In this document: piece after piece, positions 33,700 through 42,684 of the stretch | Position numbering within the stretch: the stretch's first letter is position 1 | How the letters are laid out: the number at the start of each line of letters is the position of its first letter | Source of the DNA: Octopus bimaculoides | Lineage: Eukaryota | DNA length: 42,684 bases | Assembly (NCBI RefSeq): GCF_001194135.2 | Contig: NC_068990.1 | Span: forward strand, 85,958,263 to 86,000,946 | Reading direction: 5' to 3' | The notes under the pieces: generated by a model | What the model was told of the DNA's origin: nothing | Seen by the model: the letters and a program-made list of their open reading frames with translations, nothing else | Databases searched by the model: none | Position numbers and translations under genes: made by a program

Positions 33700-33945
33700 G
33701 TGTGGGTTGTCTTTTATCAGTATTGCTGTGGAGGGTTTTATCAAATAAATCAACCCCAGTACTTTTTTTTGTTTATATCTGGTATTTAGTCTATCAGTTT
33801 CTTTTGTCAAACTGCTAAGTTATGGGAACATAAGGAAATCAACACTGGTTGTCAAGCAGTGATGGACACAGATGCACACACTCTCTCTTGCATGCAACAG
33901 ACTTCCACAGAATTCCTATCTACCAAATTCACTCAGAAGGTACTA
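33700..33945 (-). mobile_element. SINE family 1-related copy, degenerate
   Basis: aaatcaaccccagtact...tagtctatcagtttcttttg.caaactgctaagtta...caacactggttgtcaagc...tatctaccaaattcactca. Confidence 0.65.
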
Positions 33946-34210
33946 GTTGACTTGATCAGAGCCAATCTGGGGCTGAGTAACATTTATTATACCTTGAATA
34001 TTCATGTTCAGAACATTATTTAATGTGTATATGCAGAGCTCAAGATACCCGACATTGAAAATGAATTCTAAAGAGAAACTGTTATCATAGAGAGGTTGAG
34101 ACAGACCAGGAATATAAATGTAGAACTGCAAGAATTAAGTGGATGTTACCAAATTCTCTTTATCCGTATTAATACTGAATCATTTGTTTTTTTTTCTTTT
34201 AATTTTACAG

Positions 34211-34323
34211 ATGAGAGGAAACTAACTGAGAATGAGTTACCACTGGTGATCCAACTGAACTGGGGCACTGATATGAGAGATGGACGTTTCTTACTGAAAT
34301 GTGAAAATGCAATAACTGCAAAG
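34211..34323 (+). CDS. AFDN: Afadin coding exon (probable exon 3), end of RA1
   Basis: The acceptor is ttttacAG (34209-34210) and the donor is AAG|GTGAGT (34324). G+AT gives D, then ERKLTENELPLVIQLNWGTDMRDGRFLLKCENAITAK (afadin ERRL...PLVVQLNW..D.R.GRF.LK.EN). Length 113 nt, phase 1 to 0, compatible with the upstream exon. Confidence 0.96.
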
Positions 34324-34859
34324 GTGAGTGGGTGGTGTCATGTTTGGAATACCCTTCTTAGCATTTTTATCTTTTGCTTATTCCGACACTTCTGTAACGG
34401 TCCTCATCATCCTGAACATCATTAGAGAAGTTCTAATTTTCAGATAATTATGAACCGTTTAATGAATGTAATGATTGTGGAAGTGGGAAGAACTGCAAGT
34501 CAACTGGAACTAGAAACCAAGATCTTGTCACTTCACATGAAAACCAAGTGATTTTCTGTTGGAATTAAGTTAAATGGTTACAGCCAGTTTCATTTACAGA
34601 ATTAATTTTTCTCATTTGCTCAAATATTTGCTTCGCAAAAGACCTGACAGCGTATGTCTGTGCTTTTGTTAGTAGTTTACTCATGAATGTAATTATTAGT
34701 TGGTGTATAGACGTTTTAGTGTGTATGAGTGCACCAGAAGAAGAAAAGTATATGTGGAGTATTAAGTTTTGAGTACAGAGATACTGGGCCTCACTGAGGA
34801 AATGACAAGGGATCGGGAGTTCTGGCGATTTGCTGTACTTGAGAAAAGGCATCAAGCTA

Positions 34860-35090
34860 AGTAAAATTACTGTCATCCATCCATACATACAGGCTTGTCT
34901 TTTACAGGTGCCAGTTCCAAATAAAATGCACTTGTGCCGGTGGCACATAAAAAGCACCCAGCACACTGTAAAGTGGTCGGCATTAGGAAGGGCGTCCAGC
35001 TGTAAAAACCATATCAAAAGAGAAGTCTTCTGCCTAGACGTCCAACCCATGCCAGCATAGAAAATGAATGTTAAATGATAATGATGATGA
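34860..35090 (+). mobile_element. Degenerate LINE-3'-end-related copy
   Basis: gtgccggtggcacataaaaagcaccc...cattaggaagggcgtccagctgta...ccaacccatgccagcat...gttaaatgataatgatgatga. Confidence 0.75.
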
Positions 35091-36509
35091 CCTGGCTGCA
35101 TCCATCAATACTTGACTGCATCTGCCACAGCCCGGTTGCATCCGCCTGGACCTAGTTGTGTCCACATGGTCTGTGCCATATGTTCACAAGATTTGGTTTG
35201 CCAGAAAGCTGCCAATTTTCCATTTATCTCCGTTACAAAGTGACTCCATTCATTACCTTGACTCTTAAACAACTGCTCTCATCTCGTCCTCATATCTTGT
35301 TATGACAGTCTCTTCCGTTGCTTCAACTTCTCAGCAGCTATAGTGTTGCTGTGACTGCAAGGACACTGTTTTATTTTGACATGCCGTCTGTTCAAACAAA
35401 ATCTGCCTGGTTTTTAACAGTTGTTTATGAAAAATGTGTCTGGTTGGTTGGGAGACTGGAGTGGGGGGTCAGTAACGCTTTTAAATACTCCTACCTGAAT
35501 AAAAGATTTCAAACCAGGCGGAGGGCTATTGTGTCTGTCTGGTGGTGGTCATGGGTAGATATTAACTCTAGTACCTTTCAGTTAATATATAGATAAGTCT
35601 TTTGGACGTGATGCAGTGAAGTTCTGGTAGTTATTATTTTCTTTTGTAATCATTCTAATCAGTTATTCAGCTTTAGTTTCAAGTTCAATGTTTATTGTAT
35701 TTATAGTAAATCACTTTTTTTTAACTTTGTGATGTAAATAACAATTTTCTATTGTTATTGTTGATGTTCAGACTCAACCTAGCCATGATTGAGCAGACAA
35801 GTATTCTTCTCACAACTCTCATTTTTTTGTCAAAGTGTATCAAGGTCTACATTAGCCAATATATCCTTCCATTTTAAAAATGAAACAGTCGGATTGTTTG
35901 AGAAAGATTTAGTTGCTATTTCCAGCATTTCAGGTGGCCATATTCAATGCTGCTGGTTTACTAAAAGCTTATATTCAATGTTGCTAGCTTACTAAAAGCT
36001 GTACAAATCTTGACTTCCATTGTGGAGCCTGATATCTTTAAGATTTAGAATTTAAAATGTTGCCCTCTCTGTCTCTCCATTGTAATAAAAACAAGTATTT
36101 ATTTTACTTGAGTGAGGTTTTACTCCTGTTATTAGTGAAACAGGTCAGTCCTTTTCTGGCCTCTAATTTCTTCTATATCAAAGCTGGTAGAAAGTGATGT
36201 GGGAGCTGTATGGAGATTTAGCTATAATAATCAGAGCAAATGATAACAGAGACCTCATTAGCTTCGTGTTTGCAGTCAGATTAAATTAAGGTCCAAATAA
36301 ATTCACACAGTCTGTTACTAGCTGACTAATTCTAGGGGTTTCTTTAATATGTTTATATAGCATATTTTCGCAATAGTAGTGTGTGTGTGTGTGTATTCTG
36401 CATACACTAACAGATTTGATCCAGTAAAAGGAGTATTTTTGCTATATAAAGCTTCCACTCTCTACACTGATATCACCCTCAGTCAATGGGGATGTTAGTC
36501 TTGCAGGCT

Positions 36510-36700
36510 GTATGGTGCCTTAACTAGTGTTGTTGCCACAATGGAAGCACCCAGTACATGATTTAAAGTGGTTGGCGTTAGGAAGGGCATCCAGCTGTAG
36601 AAACCACACCAAAACAGACATGGGAGCATAATGCAGTCTTTAGAACCCTTTGGATCTTGTCAAATCATCCGACCCATGCGAGTTTGGAAGGCAGCATTAA
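36510..36700 (+). mobile_element. Degenerate LINE-3'-end-related copy
   Basis: aagtggttggcgttaggaagggcatccagctgtagaaacc...tcaaatcatccgacccatgc. Confidence 0.7.
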
Positions 36701-36840
36701 AAGATTTTTTTTTTTTTAATGAAATAATGGGTCTGTTTTTAGTGCTGAAATATGTGTAGATTTTTTTTGTTTCTCTATAACATTAACTGTTCCTCACACT
36801 TAATAAATATGACATCTATCTATTTTTATAATCATTTCAG

Positions 36841-37120
36841 GATGAGTTTTTTGAGATAGAAAGGGATGTTGGAGGGTTCAAGAGAAAACTGTCGAAACGG
36901 GAGAAAAAAGAGAAAAAGAAGAGAGAGAAGGAGAGATTAAGAAACAAAGAGAATTTGGAGAAAGATGCCACCCTTGCAGAGAAACTTTACACAGATGTGC
37001 CAGAAAACAGTTTTACTCGGAGTATCTCTAACCCCGAGGCTGTTATGCGACGCCGACGCCAACAGAAAGTAGAAAAACGCCTGCAGGAGTTCCGTAATGA
37101 AGAAGGAGGTTCAGAATCTG
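36841..37120 (+). CDS. AFDN: Afadin coding exon (probable exon 4), Lys/Glu-rich RA1-RA2 linker
   Basis: The acceptor is atcatttcAG (36839-36840) and the donor is G|GTAAGA (37121). It translates DEFFEIERDVGGFKRKLSKREKKEKKKREKERLRNKENLEKDATLAEKLYTDVPENSFTRSISNPEAVMRRRRQQKVEKRLQEFRNEEGGSES, with the afadin motifs KR.LSK.EKKEKKKREKE and PE.SFTR.ISNPE.VM.RRRQQK.EKR.QEFR. Length 280 nt, phase 0 to 1. Confidence 0.97.
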
Positions 37121-38190
37121 GTAAGAATTCTTTGATTTTATTTATTCATTCATGAATAGCATGTTCTGTCAGGTCAGCGCCAGGCTAAACCCTTTACAGC
37201 ATTTAGTCTGGTCTCTTGACATCTTTAAATCCTTACAGAGTTTACGAAGATGTTTAATCACTCTAAGGTCGACAAAAATCAATACGAGTAAAATATTGGG
37301 GGGGTTTCACAGTTATAGGAATATACTTCTATACTTAGAGGACATTTTACTTCTATTAAGAATAACCTCTTCAATTCTTTCTCTTCCTCGTTAACTTTCC
37401 CCTTTCCTCTTCCTCTCTTCCCCTCTTTGTTTCCCTTTTTTCCTGTCTTACTCTCTTTTCTCATCTCCTATTTCTCTCTTCTCCCTTCTCATCTGATTAG
37501 GTCTTTTTATATATATATATATATTTATATATGTGTTGACCACTAACGTGGACATTCAATGTGCTAGAAATAGATCACATCTTGTGTCTAATAAGACCTA
37601 AAACATGAAACATAGCGTGATACCAAAACGTAAGCGGGCAAGACATTTAAAATCACCGAAAAAGGAACATTCTTAAACAGGGACCGGTTTCAAAATTTAA
37701 CAATCTTACCGACTGTCTATTTCTCTTCAGCCTGATTTGTAATGGAACCATAATCATCAGAACCCCANNNNNNNNNNNNNNNNNNNNNNNNNNNNNNNNN
37801 NNNNNNNNNNNNNNNNNNNNNNNNNNNNNNNNNNNNNNNNNNNNNNNNNNNNNNNNNNNNNNNNNNNNNNNNNNNNNNNNNNNNNNNNNNNNNNNNNNNN
37901 NNNNNNNNNNNNNNNNNNNNNNNNNNNNNNNNNNNNNNNNNNNNNNNNNNNNNNNNNNNNNNNNNNNNNNNNNNNNNNNNNNNNNNNNNNNNNNNNNNNN
38001 NNNNNNNNNNNNNNNNNNNNNNNNNNNNNNNNNNNNNNNNNNNNNNNNNNNNNNNNNNNNNNNNNNNNNNNNNNNNNNNNNNNNNNNNNNNNNNNNNNNN
38101 NNNNNNNNNNNNNNNNNNNNNNNNNNNNNNNNNNNNNNNNNNNNNNNNNNNNNNNNNNNNNNNNNNNNNNNNNNNNNNNNNNNNNNNNNN

Positions 38191-38340
38191 GTTAGGAAGG
38201 GCATCCAGCTGTAGAAACTCTGCCAAATCAGACTGGAGCCTGGTGTTGCCATCCGGTTTCACCAGTCCTCAGTCAAATCGTCCAACCCATGCTAGCATGG
38301 AAAGCGGACGTTAAACGATGATGATGATGATGATGATGAT
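38191..38340 (+). mobile_element. Young LINE 3' end with (GAT)n tail, next to a gap
   Basis: Identical to 6241-6390 over 150 nt. Confidence 0.92.
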
Positions 38341-38439
38341 ATATATATATATATATATCTTACTCCATATTTTGCTCTTCCATTCTTTCCCTCTCCTCAT
38401 AAACATGCACACACTTGGTTAGTCCACATCACTCCATGA

Positions 38440-38660
38440 GGAGCATAGGGCCGATCTCCTGGTTTCTGTGGCATATATATTCACTCCTGGATGGAATGCC
38501 AGTCCATCACAAGATTACTCCTGTTTTCCTGTTGAGTAGACTGGAGAAATGTGAAATGAAGTGTTTTGCTCAAGATTACAACAGATTGCCTGGTCCAGGA
38601 ATCGAAACCACAACCTTACAGTCATGAGTCCAACACCCTAACAACTAAGCCATGCCCCTC
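38440..38660 (-). mobile_element. tRNA-derived SINE with CORE-like centre
   Basis: The reverse complement reads gggcatggcttagttgttagggtgttggactcatgactgtaaggttgtggtttcgattcctgg (A/B boxes), then ttgagcaaaacacttcatttcac...ctccagtctactca. Confidence 0.78.
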
Positions 38661-38734
38661 CACATATTGCTCACACTATACTTGCATAAATGTGTACAAA
38701 CGAAATACCAGTAATATAATAAATCTTCTTTTAA

Positions 38735-38947
38735 CCCTTTTGTATTCAGATTATTGTGTCAAATATAATCCTTATTTATTGACATTGTTTTGAAATAATC
38801 CTGCATTATCTCATAGCTTTGAGATTTCGATGATGTGATTGATCATATTTAGAATGATGTAAGGCAAGTGTGAGGGGCCAGATCTGGCTGGTTTGCACAT
38901 AAAACAGAATATCTGGGCCTGATATGGCCAGTTTAAATGTTAAAGGG
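38735..38947. mobile_element. piggyBac-type MITE (213 bp)
   Basis: TTAA at 38731-38734 and 38948-38951, with CCCTTT/AAAGGG termini. Confidence 0.8.
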
Positions 38948-38957
38948 TTAACGAACC

Positions 38958-39298
38958 ATAGGCGCAGGAGTGGCTGTGTGGTAAGTAGCTTGCTTACCAA
39001 CCACATGGTTCTGGGTTCAGTCCCACTGCGTGGCACCTTGGGCAAATGTCTTCTACTATAGCCTCAAGCCGACCAAAGCCTTGTGAGTGGATTTGGTAGA
39101 CGGAAACTGAAAGAAGACCGTCATATATATGTATATATATATGTGTATGTGTTTATGTCCCTGTAACTTAGCGGTTCGGCAAAAGAGACTGATAGAATAA
39201 GTACTAGGCTTACAAAGAATAAGTCCTGGGGTCGATTTGCTCGACTAAGGCGGTGCTCCAGCATGGCCACAGTCAGAAGACTGAAACAAGTAAAAGAG
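38958..39298 (+). mobile_element. SINE family 1, near full length
   Basis: Colinear with 26955-27377, with a deletion in the middle. Confidence 0.9.
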
Positions 39299-39778
39299 AA
39301 CTCCTGTAAACAGTTACACTTATGTAGTTAGGATTATGACTGACCCCTAATTATAACATTTGACCTGTCCTGACTACATCTTGCCCCTATTTACAAGACT
39401 TGTAATCACTGTATTTGATCAGTCCTTAATAGTTGACTCTAGAAATAATTGTCTTTTTTATATATTTATTGTCTCCTCTCACCAATTACTGTACTCTGAA
39501 CTGAATTCTAGTTACAAAAAATTTTTTTAGTAACATGTTGTTATGGTTACCTGTGCAGTACGTTAGTGAAGTCGTATATACTAACAGAGCCAGACAATAT
39601 TGTATATAACATAGCTTTGTTGCTGTGTGTCTATATGTATATCTGCGTGTATTGCTGTGTTTGTGTATATCGTGCAAGGTAGTATATAGGCTTACCAACT
39701 ACATGTGTGTGAATACACATGAACATTTGTGCAAACATGAATTTGTCAACATACATTTGCATATATTTCTGCATGAAC

Positions 39779-39828
<50 letters not shown>

Positions 39829-40107
39829 ATGTGTTGTGCAGTAACATATTCCTAGATGCAGAAAAATCTGTTTGAGTCTGTTTCCTAGTTATTGGGTGCA
39901 TTTTTCTTCTGTGTATCTCTGTCTTCACGTGTATACTTAATATGCCACCATTTTACGAAACACAGACATAACACAGCAATTATTCACCATAGTGATTTCC
40001 AGTTATTTTAAAAGTGTTTATGGCTCTTTACCAATATTTGACAAACACAGTCAACAACCACACAGTCAACAACCACACAGTCCTGGAACCCCATTTTCAT
40101 CCTCTTG

Positions 40108-40153
<46 letters not shown>

Positions 40154-40158
<5 letters not shown>

Positions 40159-40319
40159 CGCAGGTGTAGCTGTGTGGTAAGAAGCTTGCTAACCAACCAC
40201 ATGATTCCTGGTTCAATCCCACTGCATGGCACCTTTGGCAAGTGTCTTCTACTATAGCCTTGGGCCGACCAAAGCCTTCTAAGTGGATTTGGTAGACAGA
40301 AACTGAAAGAAGCCTGTCG

Positions 40320-40363
<44 letters not shown>

Positions 40364-40533
40364 TCCTACCACCATCTCTTGACAACTGATGCTGGCGTGT
40401 TTATGTCCCCCTGTAACTTAGCAGTTCAGTAAAAGAGACCAATAGAATAAGTCCTGGGGTCAATTTGTTCAACTAAAGGCAGTGCTCCAGCATGACTGCA
40501 GTCAAATTACTGATGCAAACAAAAGAATAAAAG
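40154..40533 (+). mobile_element. SINE family 1, full length
   Basis: Colinear with 26955-27377. Confidence 0.88.
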
Positions 40534-40575
<42 letters not shown>

Positions 40576-41195
40576 GTGTTTGTGTCTGTCTACACACGCA
40601 CACATACACACATAACTGCTTCCACTCATTAACAGTTGAGTGGATAAAAAAAAAAAAATCTTATTAGTTTTCTGTAACTGATTGGGATGAAATATTGCAA
40701 AATTTATGAAAAAATTCCAAAACTTTAAACCAAGAAATTTTTAAATAAATCTAACAAAGACAAATCAAAGATGACTCTACTGCCATTTGGTAAGCAGCCA
40801 GGCTCTATATGCAGAAAAAAGGTGTTGGTAGGAATAGCATACAGAGTACATGTTGTAAGTTATGGATTGCAGGCAAACTGACTGGCATGAAGGATTCTGT
40901 GTGTAGCAGAATGTGCAGGCGTAATTAGCATAAAGAGCACTTATAAAATAAATTTATCCAAATGCATAGAGGGCTTTTCTGTAAGTAGTTAATAACTTCT
41001 GTTACCTTGGTGACCTAATTAGCAATGGCGGTATGTGCTCTGAAAGCATAGAAACCAATGTAAGAACAAGGAGGGAGCCTTTAATTTTGCTTGCATCTAA
41101 GAGATTTTCTTTCTGAGGAAAGAGCAGAATGCTTGTGTACAAAGTGTAATATTGCATGGTGGAGAGAGAGAGAGACCTGGGCATGCAATATGGGT

Positions 41196-41580
41196 GTGTT
41201 AGCACTCCGTCGTTTACAATGTCGAGGGTTCCAGTTGATCTGATCAACGGAACAGCCTGCTCGTGAAATTAATGTGCAAGTGGCTGAGCACTCCACAGAC
41301 ACGTGTACCCTTAACGTAGTTCTCGGGGATATTCAGCGTGACACAGTGTGACAAGGCTGACCCTTTGAATTACGGGCACAACAGAAACAGGAAGAAAGAG
41401 AGAGAGAAAGTTGTGGTGAAAGAGTACAACAGGGTTCGCCACCATCCCCTGCCGGAGCCTCGTGGAGCTTTAGGGGTTTTTTGCTCAATAAACACTCACA
41501 ACGCCCGGTCTGGGAATCGAAACCCCGATCCTACGACCGCGAGTCCGCTGCCCTAACCACTGGGCCATTGTGCCTCCACT
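41196..41580 (-). mobile_element. tRNA-derived SINE family 3 (OR/CORE-like), tail type b, with intact TSD
   Basis: Perfect 10-bp TSD CAATATGGGT at 41186-41195 and 41581-41590. The tRNA-like head contains TGGCCCAGTGG and GGTTTCGATTCCC. Confidence 0.92.
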
Positions 41581-42096
41581 CAATATGGGTAGGGGATGTG
41601 AAAAGGCTGGAAAGAAATGAGTGGGGGCATGTTCTGCTGGATTTGTGATGTTAATGTGTATGACTGACAAGATAGAAATGGACAGAAGAAAACTGGGTTG
41701 TCTGTTCTTGTCTCTTTATATTGTCCCTAATAAGAGGCTCAATGGAGCATCATGCTTGTCTTGTCTCATCATTATTACATCCACCTTAACGAAGGCAGAG
41801 GTATTGTTTTCAGTCACGTTTGTTTGTCTGTCTGTCCGTGGGCAAGATATCTCAAGAACTGCCAGATGGATTTGGATGAAACTTTCTGGAATGTTTCACC
41901 TTGTGACTGGCATGAACTGATTAGATGTTGGGATCGATCCACTACCAGACAAGGATTCTGGATTATTTTTCCATTTTTTAAAATTAATTTTGGTTCATTT
42001 TTAGTATTGCTTGTGAGAGCAGTTGAGTTTATTGCTTATTATTTTATTACTTAGCCTTTTATTGCTGAATCTTATAATTAAATTTTTTAATTCCAG

Positions 42097-42254
42097 GTGG
42101 CATGTTAAAGGTTTATGGGGAAGCTCTGAGCCCTAATATTCCTTACAAGACCCTCTTGGTCTCTGCAACAGATACGGCCAGTTTTGTGGTTGAAGAAACC
42201 TTAGAAAAGTATGGATATCCTAAAGAGGAGGCTTACAAATATTGCTTAGTCCAA
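42097..42254 (+). CDS. AFDN: Afadin coding exon (probable exon 5), RA2 domain
   Basis: The acceptor is ttttaattccAG (42095-42096) and the donor is CAA|GTAAGT (42255). It translates (G)GMLKVYGEALSPNIPYKTLLVSATDTASFVVEETLEKYGYPKEEAYKYCLVQ, matching afadin GGTLRIY...PNIPYKT.L.S..D.A.F.V.E.LEKYG. Length 158 nt, phase 1 to 0. Confidence 0.97.
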
Positions 42255-42313
42255 GTAAGTCTTGCATATTATTTGTATATATTATTTGTATATATTATAT
42301 GTATGTATATGTT

Positions 42314-42501
42314 TGTGTCTGTATTTGTCCCAACCATCATCGCTTGACAACCAATGTTGGTGTGTTTACGTCCATGTAACTTAGCAGTTCAGCAAAAGAG
42401 ACTGATAGAATAAGTACTAGGCTTACAAAGAATAAGTTCTAAGGTCGATTTATTCGACTAAAGGTAGTGCTCCAGCATGGCTACAGTCAAGGCTGAAACA
42501 A
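42314..42501 (+). mobile_element. SINE family 1 3' half
   Basis: cgcttgacaaccaatgttggtgtgtttacgtcc.tgtaacttagc.gttc.gcaaaagagactgatagaataagtactaggcttacaaagaataag. Confidence 0.85.
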
Positions 42502-42684
42502 ATATATATAGATATATATATAGAGAGAGAGAAAGAAAGAAAGGTGGCAGGCAGGCAGAATTTTGGTTTTAATTTTTGTCTTGAGGAATTCGGTTAACAA
42601 ATGAAAGCAGTAATATAGAATTATCCAAAATTCTGACTGCCTCCTTTCTCTCAATATACAATATCTGTACACCATTTCAAATAC

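Larger units (their letters stand above)
7903..34210 (+). other. AFDN: Afadin intron, 26,308 nt, phase 1, splitting RA1
   Basis: It has GT...AG boundaries between two frame-compatible exons, and no afadin-like coding sequence was seen between them. Gaps inside it are estimated lengths. Confidence 0.85.

Overview
Eukaryotic, AT-rich, repeat-dense genomic DNA from a gapped draft assembly (7 N-runs). The repeat families look like those of Octopus; this is an inference from recognition, not a database match. The only host gene is afadin (AFDN/AF-6/canoe) on the + strand. Four GT-AG coding exons (7710-7902, 34211-34323, 36841-37120, 42097-42254) splice in frame to 744 nt / 248 aa, covering RA1, the Lys-rich linker and most of RA2. 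Exon 1 and the 3' exons were not found in the window. The remainder is intron filled with mobile-element relics: many 3' ends of an RTE-like LINE with (GAT)n tails, several tRNA-derived SINE families, a full-length decayed DD37D (maT) Tc1/mariner element, a DD34D mariner relic, hAT and piggyBac-type MITEs, a Gypsy integrase remnant and two minisatellites. The most interesting observations are: (1) a PHD-type Cys/His zinc finger in frame inside the LINE reverse-transcriptase ORF, just before the FxYLG motif, which the ORF track misses; (2) a variable-number 66-nt double-hairpin array in that LINE's 3' UTR, one copy of which has captured 40 nt of the PHD-coding sequence; (3) a micro-inversion and a tail swap between two SINE copies; (4) a head-to-tail SINE train; (5) inverted repeats around afadin exons 3-4, which as a circle would form a stop-free 393-nt reading frame. 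There are no prokaryotic features or CRISPR arrays. Most track ORFs are artefacts of gaps and microsatellites.
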